64,000 bases of DNA from Mobula hypostoma (taxonomy: Eukaryota), in contig NC_086101.1 in NCBI RefSeq assembly GCF_963921235.1, positions 163,928,001-163,992,000 on the forward strand, given 5' to 3'. The stretch's first letter is position 1. Every line of letters starts with the position of its first letter. Position numbers and translations under genes: made by a program. This document shows positions 24,620-36,529 of the stretch, piece by piece. Under the pieces are notes generated by a model. It was not told where the DNA came from. It saw nothing but the letters and a program-made list of their open reading frames with translations, and searched no databases.

Positions 24620-26870
24620 TGGAAGGGGGAGGGGAAAACTCTCCATGGTTCAGATTACACATTCCAAATTTCAACCAACCTCTGGGTCAAATTATTCTTC
24701 CTCAATCCTCTCCTTATCTTCTACCCCTTACCTTAAATCTTTCAAATCTGTTCATATTCGTATCTGCTGAAGGTAAAGGTTTCTCAATATCTTGTTTACC
24801 CCAAACAGGTTCTTCATTGGTTTCCTCTGCTCTAAATAAAACAAACCCAGTATCTCCTCAAAGCTGAAATGCCCCATCCCAAACAACACTTTGAATCTCC
24901 TCTGCACCCTCTCCAGTGCGGCCATATCCTCCTTACAGTGTTGAAACTGTGCACAGTTGTTCAGCTGTGAGCTAACAATGTGTTGTTTGCAATGGGGCAT
25001 TTCAACTTTGAGGAGATGCTGGATAGACTGGGTTTGTTTTATTTAGAGTAGAGGAAACCAATGAATAACCTGATTGCACCATAAGTTCTCGTTTTACATT
25101 CTGTGCCCTGGCTAATGCAGGTAGGTATTCAATATAACTTGTTAACACCTTCTCTACCTTTGCCTCTGCCTTCAGCGATCCTTGGACGTGTACATCAAGG
25201 TCCTTCTCCTCCTCAGTGCTTCCCCAGGTTCCAGCATTCATTATGTGTATTATGAATGGCTGAAATGACTAACACGAGAGGGCACAGTTTTAAGGTGCTT
25301 GGAAGTAGGTACAGAGGAGATGTCAGGGGTAAGTTTTTTTTTACGCAGAGAGTGGTGACTGCGTAGAACGGGCTGCCAGCGACATTAGTGGAGTTGGATA
25401 CAATAGGGTCTTTTAAGAGACTCCTCAATAGGTACATGGAGCTTAGAAAAATGGAGGGCCATGGGTAACCCTAGGTAATTTCTAAAGTAAGTACATGTTC
25501 GGCACAGCATTGTGGGCCAAAGGGCCTGTATTGTGCTGTAGGTTTTCTATGTTTCTAATATTATTTGTCTTCTCAGAATGCATCACGTCATATTTTTGAG
25601 GGTTAACTTCCATCTGCCACCTGTTAGCCGTATTACCAATTTGTTAAACTCATTCTATAGCCAACTTACCCTTTTTGATCTCAATAGCATCAATCTTTAA
25701 GTTATCCTTAAGTCTAATATATATACCTCCTACATTCACATCTAGGCCTTTAGCAGCAATGGTCCCAGCACTAATCCCCACAGTATACCACTCGACTCCC
25801 CTTCCAAATGCAAAACAATTCTTGACCACCAACAGCAAGCTAGTTTTGGATCCAATTTATCATTGGATCCAATTTGCCAAACTGCTTTGGATCCAATCAG
25901 TGATCTCAGCATGACTTTTAATTTGTCCATTTTTTTTTAAATCCTCTGCATTGATAAGAATGATCCTGTAAGTCATTTGCTCAATTCTTGGCCTAAAATT
26001 TCAAGCAAGGTGCATTATATAACTTGGATAATAAGCTCAATGTACCTGCGCACTTGGAGCTCAGCCACTGAGCTACAGGGAACTCGGAGATGCCTGCAGC
26101 AGATCTAGGGAGAGGTTGCAGAAGAGTGAAGTACAGAGAAATCCAGGTGTTCTTGTGCATGAATAGCAAATGTTAGCAGGCCCATGCAAACATAGTGGCA
26201 TATTGGCTTTTATTGCAAGGAACAGCTGGTATTTAGAAAAGGGAAGGTATTCCTTCAGTTGGTGAGGCCCCACCAGGAGTGGCCAACTGGTATAGAAAAT
26301 TACAGAATGAAAGCATGCCCTTCTGCTCACCACGTCTGTGTTGGCTATCAGGCACAGTGTTTACCTAAATCTACATTAATTTACATAATGTGTCTGCTTT
26401 TGCCCCCTTCATTAAGAAAGGATATATTAGCATTGAACGTTGGCCATTAGAGATTCTTTAAGCTATTTTCTGGAAAGAGAGAGACGACCTATCACAAAGC
26501 AGTTAACAAAAGCAGATCTATACTCTTCGGAGAGTAGGAGAATGAAGGGTGATCTTACTGAAACATACAAGATCCTGAGGGGTATTGCAGGTTAGATGTT
26601 GACCAATTTCCATAAGTTGGAAATTCTCAAATGAGGTGATCATAAAATTGAGGGCAATCATTTAAAACTGAGTTGAATGTGAATCTTTGCAATCGTTTTT
26701 CCTGGAGGATAGTGGGGCCCAATCATTGTAAATATTTAAAGGGGAGATAGATACGTTTTTGCAAGATCAGGGAATTGAGGGCTGTGGGAAACTGGCACAG
26801 AGAGAAGAGGCCTGTAGTAGATCAACCATGATCTAATTGACAGAGCCCACTCTTATTCCTATGTTCATTC
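24620..26870. mobile_element. Cluster of CR1 fragments: old - copy 24620-25900 with nested + 3' end 25255-25558, then old + copy 26110-26870
   Basis: ALERVQRRF (24752-25000 ORF); TTTCTATGTTTCTA tail at ~25545; VRPH, RKDILAL motifs. Confidence 0.75.
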
Positions 26871-27008
26871 ATTGTTAAGCCCCATTTGGTCCCTACGTAA
26901 CTGTGCAAAAGAATTGGAAACCTACGTTTGTATTTTCTTTGCCTGCACCAATTTGAGGTCAGTGTACTTCTGTTTGTAAGGTGTATGTGCCTTTTGTTGA
27001 TCTTATAG

Positions 27009-27085
27009 GAGATTTAGCGGAGCCATGTTACATCAGGAAAATCAGGTCAAATTTCTTGATCCATACTTATTTCGAGGACAGCCCT
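27009..27085 (+). other. Candidate 77-nt host exon (gene unidentified)
   Basis: T-rich acceptor CTTTTGTTGATCTTATAG, consensus donor CCT|GTAAGT, two stop-free frames, GCCATG at 27022-27027, non-repetitive context. Confidence 0.5.
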
Positions 27086-30000
27086 GTAAGTAAACTTGAA
27101 TAAGGTGTTGGTGTTGCAGTTAATTAATGCTCCCAATTATTGGGCAGAATTAAACTCGGGGCTTCAAATCAAACTGACTATGGCAAAATTAATTTTGCAA
27201 ATTAATGCTAATTATATGGAATCTTCAAGTGAGTTTTGATTTTTGAAGTTTGCTTATTTTAAAATCATCTCTGTGTGATTTATTCCCAATATCACCAACA
27301 AATGGATCTACTTACTTGAAAAATACTTCTCCTTTTAAGTCTTGGTTTTTGATGGTAATACTAATGGTATTTTTATCTGTGTTCTTGGCTTTAAAATTGC
27401 ATTATGCTGGAAATATAGACCAGTTGATTAGGAACAATGCTTATAACTATTGATGTATTTTTGATGTCACAGCAACTGATTAAAAACAACCATACCTTAA
27501 AAAGAGAATTTTGTATGAGGGGAGGGAAAAGACAAGGGAAAGTTCTTTTTAAAGATGTAAACAGGGAGAAAAGATGGAGTTTCTTGGAAAGCAGGAGTCG
27601 AAAGGTTGCAGGTGTTGGAATCTGGTGCAATAAGCTATCTGCTGGAGGGACTCTGAAGGCACAGCAGCATCTTCCTTTCCCTGGACAGATGCTGATTAAT
27701 CTGCTGTTCCTCTTTCAGAGTGTAGTTACAGTATTTACTTCATTCCCATTAAGGATCAAGGGTTGACTTTCTTCTGGTAAGATGGCGGTGTGCTTGGTCA
27801 CGGCAGCCTTTCTGGTGCAAATATGTGTGTTAAACGTTTTTCTTGTGAATGCAAGACCCTGCTGGACATTGGTCATATAAAGTATTGCAAGTCGGGTTCA
27901 TTGGCAAGGCTGACGGCAGGGCAGCTGTGTGGCCTCAGGCCATGCCCTCGTGCTTCAGTGTTCTCTGTTACAGCCACCCGGGGGAGAGGCACCAGAGGTG
28001 GTGAGGAGAGAGAACAGAGGCATTGGGATCTGTGTTGGGTTGAGGACTGGACTCTGCAGACCGGTTCTCCCATTGGTGTTGCTTTCCAGTGCTTGCACCC
28101 TGGAAAACACTTCATCTGAGGTCGACACAACGCAGTATGAGGAACTGCTGCATCCTTCTTCTTGGAGAAATATGGCTCCAGGACAACATCCCATGTACCA
28201 TTATTCCTCAGGCCATGTCACTCAAGGACATGTGACTTGCTCTTGCACGTACTTAGACTGCCAAGATTCTTCCTTCCCATTTCCATCTTATCTCCAATCT
28301 GAGCATAGTGTTCATTGTACCCCAACTTGTCCACATTGTCGTGAGTTGGGAATGGAATATAATCCACATGATTATTTGGAAGATAGATAGTTAATATCAT
28401 TGGCAGTGATTAAATTCAATTCGTTAACAAAATTTTAAAAAAATATTAGCTTATCCTTGCCTATTCATTTCCTTTTAAAACAATTATTTTAACAACAATA
28501 GATAACTTCACTCAGATTAACAAATGTTGTCTGTGGAGAAATAGGAATTCCATGGTGAGAAATAACTTTCTTCAGGGTTACAGCAGCAGGACAAACTTTA
28601 TTTTGAACATCTTATTAAATACATGATGAATGTGCTTTATGAAACAAAACAGACTCTACAAGGACTTAAGGATGGATTCTGCAAGCTTCTGATCTCAGTT
28701 GACCCTTGTACAACCCTTTTAGTAGAGAGATGGAAAATTTTCTCCAATTCAAAGATGTTAGTTTTGGCTCAGCAATTTACACAAAGTCAAAAGGCCACAA
28801 GCTCATGTAGATAAAAACAAGTGAATTTGGCATTGCATGGTAGGAAAAAACATTGAGTTTGGAAATTCCAGCAACTTCACATCAGATGGAGGAGACCATT
28901 AAAGGTAAGAATGAATCCAGAGGTAGTGGTTGGAAAAAAATTCAGAGTACAAAATTATATTGTCAACATTAATACTTACCACGTATCAATTGTAAATTGG
29001 GTTACTGAGACCATCAAGTGCATTGTATTCCCATTTTGCAATTTCTGCCATCTTTGGGCCTGAAACCAAGATAGACTTTGGACAATGGTTGGAAGACGTA
29101 TGGAGGTATTTTGGATTTACCAATTGGGTATCTTCTGGCCTGTTTGACATGAGTGTCCTGAAAGTCAGAAGTTGGCAGTTTGGGTCAAGCTAGGAGAGTC
29201 TTGACAGGACTAATCACTGTAACGGGACAATAAACAAAAGTGGCAAAACTGAGAACGAGTCCACACTGCCGCAGAATAACAACTGCCTAAATAGTCCTGC
29301 TATATGGTCAATAGGTCCAAATTTCATTTAATAATATATGGAGTATATTTTAAAATTATCTTTGTTTGGAGAATTCTACATGTTGAACAACCAGATTTTG
29401 TGCATCCAGCCTTTAGTGATGTTACCACGTTGTAAATTTGTGCAGTTTTTCTTTCTGACCAGATGTATTTTGGCTCCGAAGATGGTCCAGACTTGAAAAT
29501 GCCAAATTTTCAAATGTTGACTTATAAGATCAGCTGGAATTAAGCTCTCTTATTTTGGCACTACTCAGGCTTGTTGGGGGAGAGTGGAGGGGATATGACT
29601 GACATTTTAAAATGGGGGAAAAGGGCTGCATAAAATATTTAGATTTTTTTCATCCTATCCTTTTGCTTCATCTTTGAGCTATCTCTTTAAGTAGACAGTT
29701 GTGTTTAACATTTAAAATAGATGGTAGACCCAATAATTTATGACATATACAAGTGCAGTAATAGAGTAGATACTGAGAAATGTTTTTAATGATAACTTTA
29801 TCACCCTTCATAATTATTTGCTAAAAAAGGAGGCCCTTGAAAAGGGCCATCAAAGTAATTTGTAATTGGGAAAAGGTTATCCATTATGGTTATCATTCAT
29901 GGATAAGTTGGTCTAGGAAGTTAGAGAAAAATACTCAACTTTTCCTTTTACAAAATAAATGCATTTTAAAATTCTCACTGGAAATAACGAGGTATAGTAT

Positions 30001-30339
30001 ATGAATTAAAGACATATAGTTTACCCGCTAAGGAATTAAGGACAATAAGTTTAGCAAGTACTAAAATTGGAATTGTGCCATTATTCCAAATGCCAAATTG
30101 AACCAGATGCACTTTTTGTTACTGTGGCACCCCACAGCCAGCATTTTTACACTATTGAAATATCTCTGAGACAGAAAGCCACCCACTGTTGTAATTCCAG
30201 ATTTCAGCAGCACGGCGACAAGGTCTTCCTCACTAATGACCTGCTGATTTGGTAGGTCACTGTTCATCTGGCCCCCTTCTGACAGGGTGAATACAGATAC
30301 TGGAAGCTTAACACTCAGTGAATCTGGCATCAGCGGCAG

Positions 30340-32790
30340 AAACATTATTGGAACAAATTCTGAGGGACAGGGCTAACTGTACTCTGCGGTGTGGGGATTA
30401 ATTAAGAATAGTCAACATGACTGCTGAGGTGAGAACTTGATTTGAGTTCAGTTTTTTGAAGAGGTAACTAATTTGTGTCAATGAGGGGAGTATACATAAA
30501 CAAAAGCAATAGATTAAGTTAAGGGATAGGAGATTTAGAGGTCATTGAGATTTTTTTTTAATCCAGACGGTGATTGACATCTGGAGAGTGCTGCCAGAGC
30601 GCATGATAATTGCAGAGGTTCTCACAGTATCTATGAAGTATTTAGAGTTGCATTTGAAAAACCATAGCATATAGGGCGACAAGCTGAGTGCTGGAAAATG
30701 GGATTATCATGGTAAGTAATAGATGGATAGCACAGGAAAAAAATTTCCCAAGAATGGATGGTTGATAACAAGTATACAGCTACAGCTGAAAGGCCTGCTT
30801 GGGTGCTGTATAACTGTGTAATCACTACCCGCTGTATGAAGAAATGTTTTTGTCTCTGTACTGAATAGGCTAGCCTTCTCCTGAAACTGTGACTCCTGTT
30901 CTAGATCCTTAATTGGGAGGAATATCTTTCTTGTATTTAGCCCGTTGAGCTCTGTAAAGGTTTTATACATTTCAGTGAGTTCACCACTCATAAACTCTAG
31001 AAATGTTGGACCTAGTCTGTTCTTGTGTGGCAAATCTTTCACCCTAGAATCTGTCTAGTGTGCAGTCCTTCGATGGTGGTATTTTTTCTTCAGTAAGTAG
31101 GTAATAGGATAGATTAGCTGGCCCATTTGTTTCTGTAACGATCTTCACATGTCTATTTATTCATAAATATCCATAGATATGTTTTGTCAGCATTCAAAAC
31201 AAACATAAGCATTTACTTAGTATTTGGAAGAAGACGGGGCAAAATTAGTCCCAACATCTTGGCCCCTATCCTGCTTGCTGATGATGGTTCGCTAGCAATG
31301 TAGGTGAAGCACTTTCAGCTTTGAGATCTTGGTTCAAACCGCCCTTGTGTTATCTGTAGGCATACTGTATGAAATAATGTTTATGTGGGATTATCTTGAC
31401 AGCAGGGAACATTCTGTCATTTGTCACTAATTAGAAATGTCATTAGGTGGACCATAGCAGAGTTAGAAAAGTGCAAATACGTCACCCATACAGGAGGACT
31501 TGCAATTGAAATTAAATTGTGCTTTAGACAATTTCTATGCACATCTAATCTTGATGTATCTAAAATGATGCTGGGAATAACAGTATTTCATTTTCATAGC
31601 AACATAGAGAAACAGGAACATGAGTAGGCCATTCAGCCCTTTGAGTCTATTTTGCCATTCAGCATGGTCATGGCTGATCATTTATCTCAATGCCATATTC
31701 CCTCACTGTCCCCATATCCCTTTATACTGTTTAAATCTACAATGCCCTCCTAAAATATATTCAGTGAGTTGGCCTCTACAGTTCTCCCTTGGTAGCGAAT
31801 TTCCCAGGTGTTCCATTTATGGAGTGATTTCTCCATATCACAGTCTTCTGTGAAGTTCTCTATATCCTAATATTGTGACTCTTTGGTCTAGACAACCCAG
31901 TGAGGGTTAACATCCTTCTCACATCCTAATCTAACTATCAGAATTATTATAAGATTGAATTAGATCCTCACTTATTCTTTGAAATTAGACAACCCAATTG
32001 CTGCTCATACACCAGTCTCACTATTCCAGGAATCAGACTGGTAAACCTCTGCTACAATTTTTTAATAGTAAGTTTTCCTTTCGTCAGATAAAGAAACCAA
32101 GATTGCATATCCTCATTTTATGGAGGCAACATACTGCATCATTTGCCTTTCTAATTGCTTGTTGCACCTTCTCGTTTGCTTTCAGAGACTGGGGCACAAG
32201 AACACCCAAATCTCTTTGTACATCAAAACTTCCTGATCTAATGCCATTTAAATGAAACGGCTCCTTTCTTTCTTTTCCCTGCTGAAACAGAGAACCTCAG
32301 ATTTATCCATATGTATAACAACTGCAAAGTTTTCCCCACTCACTCAGTCAGTTTCCTTGAATCTTCTTCACAGTTCACATTTCCACTTGGTTTTGTGTCA
32401 CCAGCAAGATTCAAAATATTACATTTTCTTCCCTCGACCAAATTTTTGGGAAATATTTGATTAAAATTGCTAGTGATCAGTATTTGACTAAATCAGTATC
32501 TGATTTGTGTTACTTCGACAGTTATCAACTTCCAACCCAAAAAATAACCATTTCTTTTCCTTTTCCTATCTGTCAATCAATTTTAATCCAGGTCATTAAA
32601 TTACCTCTGAAAATCTCTGTTTTAATATTACACACTAACTTTGCTTAATACTTTCTAAAAATCTATGTTCCCTATTTCCACTGGTTTTCTCTTAACCTTT
32701 CAGTTATATCCTCAAAATTATTCAGAAGGTTTAACACTTACAGTTTTCCTCCCACAAATACATGTTAACATTGTTTAATTCCTTTGATAA
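30340..32790. mobile_element. Degenerate CR1 fragments (+ 30340-30820; - 30830-31090; - 31600-32790)
   Basis: LEF..GEL.E.YK motifs; reverse tail CATAGAGAAACAGGAACATGAGTAGGCCATTCAGCCC. Confidence 0.7.
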
Positions 32791-33499
32791 AGACAATAAT
32801 TCGTACTTTATATAAAAGGTATGTAGAAAGTATTTCATTCGAGCAGTTGTTCTTTATTCTTGGATACTATTAGTATCTGTTTATCTCTGCATATTGTTGA
32901 ACAAAATCAGTTTTTTTTTTGCCCATTGAAGTCTCAGATATAAATGCAGCTTCAGTTTTGGTTGACCTACTTAACAACTATTTTAAAGTACTGAAATAAA
33001 TTGTCATGTGCTCCTTGTTTTCTTGCAGAAATTCTTGATTATTTGAAAGCCTGAATAAATTTTACAAAGTGAATATTGTTGATAAGAATAAGAGCAGCCA
33101 ATTGATTAGAACCTATGCTTTTTGCTCCATTTTCCCCAAGACACCCTCCAGCAAGGACCATTCCAGGAGCTTATTTGTGCAGAACTTGGCCATCACTTGG
33201 AATTCCCACCAGTGGTTGCACCCATTCATGGTGTAATTTGGCAGTATTTGTTGAGATGATCTCTCTGGTCCGCCACTTCCAGTAGATAGATAGTCCAGAC
33301 ACCAACTAGACTTCCAAGTAATATTGGAAGAGGAAACATTGCTGGAATCACTGGGCATTGATGAAAGGCAGCGCTGAGAAAGAGCTTTGCTTTCTATCCA
33401 AGATGTGGATTATATGCTTGGAGAGGTGTCTGACATAGCAAGTCATCTAGACACGAGTAGTGTCAAAGGAAATGATTAAACAAATGTTGAAAGATCAAC

Positions 33500-33638
33500 A
33501 TCAGTCCTGACGAAGGGTCTCAGCCCGAAACGTCGACTGTACCTCTTCCTAGAGATGCTGCCTGGCCTACTGCGTTCACCAGCAATTTTGATGTGTGTTG
33601 CTTGAATTTCCAGCATCTGTAGAATTCCTCATGTTTAC
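33500..33638 (+). mobile_element. 139-bp Penelope-derived mini-element
   Basis: TSD GTTGAAA(G/A)ATCAAC at 33486-33499 and 33639-33652; homologous to the other copies. Confidence 0.85.
33502..33539 (+). ncRNA. Minimal type I hammerhead ribozyme motif (intact)
   Basis: Helix I CAGUC/GACUG; core CUGACGA plus extra A; helix II GGGU-CUCA-GCCC; GAAA; palindromic ACGU helix III; GUC cleavage triplet ending at 33534. Confidence 0.85.
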
Positions 33639-34699
33639 GTTGAAAAATCAACTTCCTTTCAGCAAATATGGAATTATTTACAAAATAATTCAAAAGTTAA
33701 TTAAAACTTTTTAAATACCTCAAAATAAATAAAAACATTAAAGCAAACTAAAATAATTTTTACTTTTCCCATTGCTAAATAAAACTCACAGATTACCAAT
33801 TTTAGTTGAGATTACTAATATATTTTTACAAGCATGTTTAAACTGAATTGTCCAAGAAACTAAAAAAGAATGAAGTCTCTGAATGAACACCATGTGGGGG
33901 AAAAAAAAATTGTTTAAGGAGATGCTTGATTTGTAAGGTCTGTGAACTGAGAGGGCAGAAAGCTTTTAGTTTACAAAGTGATAAACGTGAATTGACAGAC
34001 GATACTCTGGAGGACATGAGAGCACGCAAATGGTCCCAGCTGACCTAAATGATATTGGTGGTTAGTTCCAGAATGTGTTTTAATGCAGTAGGGGAAGCTG
34101 GAAAAACAATTAGCCATTAAGATTTACAAGGATTTATTATAACCTCACTGATACTATGGGTTTCCTCTGAGGCTGCAGTTTCCTCCCTCAGTCCAAAGAT
34201 GTACCAGTTGGTAGGTTAATTGGTCGTTGTAAGCTGACCTGTGATCAGGCACATTGGCTGTTTCTTTGCCTGTTTGTGTATAATCTTTCATAAAATTCTA
34301 TTGAATTTCTTTTTTCTTGAAAATGCCTGCAAGAAAATAAATTTCAGGATGGTCTATGATAATATTTACTTATTTTGATAATGAATTTTCTTTGAACTTT
34401 GTATATTCCAAATATATCTCATCTTTTTAAAAAGAACCTAGCAGTATTGGACTTCAGCAACTTCCCATCTCTTCCGTTCTGGCAGACCCATCACTGAAGC
34501 ATTGGCTACTTGACGATAGTATATACTTGGCACCTACCTACAGCAGGCACCTTAAGGCAATGGAAAATATGACCAGTGTAGAAATTCTTCACTGTATTGG
34601 AGGGAAAGTAAACCAATGTCAATGTCCTCACTCAGGCCGACATTCTCAGCATGGGGGTCCCACTTACAGCTACATTGTCAGACTACTTTTCAACTAAGA

Positions 34700-35140
34700 A
34701 GCATTGGGGGAGGAAGGAGACCTTAGTGGAAAAAGTCTAAGGATTCCTGAAATATGGAAGTGGTGAAGAAGGCACAGGAATATTTGCCTTCATTATCCCA
34801 GGACACTGTATATTAGAACAGGGAGATTGTGTTACAAATTGAATTGTCCACAGCTAGAGTGGTGTGTACAGTTCTAGTCACTGTAATATTGGAAGCACAT
34901 TAGGCACTTGAGAAAGTGCAGAGGATTTTCACTCCGTAGTTCATTCCAATCAAGATTGCACTGTCTGAGAAAGTTATGGAGGCAGGTACTCTCACCACAT
35001 TTTAAAAAGATGAGCACTTGATTCACAAAGGCATAGAAGGCTGGCACTAAGTGCTGGTAAATTGGATTTAGTTAAGGTACTTGATGGTTGTCATGACTAC
35101 AGAGACCAAAGGGCCTGTTTCTGTGCTCTAAGACTATGAC
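34700..35140 (+). mobile_element. Degenerate CR1 3' fragment
   Basis: VVKKA-like region; AAAGGGCCTGTTTCTGTGCT tail. Confidence 0.65.
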
Positions 35141-35530
35141 ACTGTGATTACTTTTTTGATTGCTGAAAGAAACATTAGATTTTGAGCACAATTATATACA
35201 ATAGATTATGGCCCAATGCCTTTTAAATTTTCTTGCACTCTAGTGAAAGTGTGCCTTAGTGACAATCTTAAAAGTTGGCAAATGATCACAATTTAGTTGT
35301 GATCCTGGTACAGCAGTACAGGCTTATCGTTTTAAATGCTGCATGTGTTAGGATAGTGATACTGGCATTCATGGGATAATTGCGCTATCGTGTGGTTTTG
35401 AATTTAGCTGTGAAAAAACAAATATGGGACTCCAGGTGTTTAAGGAACCTACATAGATCATACGGACCTTTTTAAGATACTTGTTTCTCTTTCCCAAAGT
35501 AAAATGTCGAAACAAGTATAAGTAATGTAA

Positions 35531-35855
35531 GCAACACACATCAAAGTTGCTGGTGAACGCAGCAGGCCAGGCGGCATCTCTAGGAAGAGGTACAGTCGAC
35601 GTCTCGGGCCGAGACTGTAATCCTCCTCCCCTATCTACCCACCTTCCCCTCAACTGGCTTCACCTATCAACTTCCAGCTTGTACACCTTCTCCTTCCCCT
35701 CACCTTTTTATTCTGGCTTCTTTCCTCTCTCTTTTCCAGTCCTGATGAAGGGTCTCTGCCCAAAATGTCAGCTGTTTACTTTCTTCCATAGATGCTGCCT
35801 GGCCTGCAGATTGCCTCCAGCATTTTGTGTGCGTGACTCCAGAATCTCTTGTGTT
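35531..35855. mobile_element. Penelope-derived element with inverted terminal segment; degenerate hammerhead at 35737-35774
   Basis: 35531-35615 is the reverse complement of ~35750-35835; CTGATGAAGGGTCTCTGCCCAAAA (GAAA changed to AAAA). Confidence 0.8.
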
Positions 35856-36529
35856 CAAAGAGTATGAGATCTGGGTGGTTGTTACCAATTTAGATTAAGT
35901 CCATGTAAAGCTGTAAAGGGCAAGAACAATTGAATAGCTAGCCCACGAAGCCTACTGTGGAGCATGTGTGAAATTTCCACGTTCATCCTCTTGTTTGTAA
36001 TGGAAATATAAGATGAGGCTTTCTGATGTTGCTTGCTGTCTTCTAGTTAATTCTCACGGACTGGAGCCATTGTCAGAATTCACTGTTGAAATTGGACATT
36101 GGCAACAGAAATTGTCTCGGTAATCTCTATTTGCAAAAATAATCCTGACTATTTTATGTCTCTGGTGAATTGTTAAAAAATAAAAAAGATTATGAAAATA
36201 TGAAACAGAAACTTATCTCTTTCATTGAACTGCATCTGCATTCCAGATAACTGGGCTTTTAAATGATTAAGTATTTAATTACTTTGCTGGTGACTAATAC
36301 AGATTAATAAAGCTTGTCATGATGGCGCCCCAACGACTCCACCAGGAGTTAAGGGCGCAAGGAAGGAAGGAAGGAATACAGATTAAATGAAGCAGTGAGA
36401 TTCCAAACCACTGAAAATATATGGTAAAACAAATCATGAAAACTATGCCCTTTCATTTGTTTAAGAGCAAAATGGATAACATTTAATGTGAATGACCATT
36501 TCTTCTTTGTTAATAATGGATAGTTTACA

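Noticed and set aside
25846-25896. Three TTGGATCCAA palindromes suggesting an operator array
   Set aside because: They lie in a CR1 RT remnant (GI...A.WIQNW region) with a small duplication
27779-27790. AAGATGGCGG YY1-like promoter motif
   Set aside because: No CpG island; it appears to head a degenerate repeat, so it is not supportable as a host promoter
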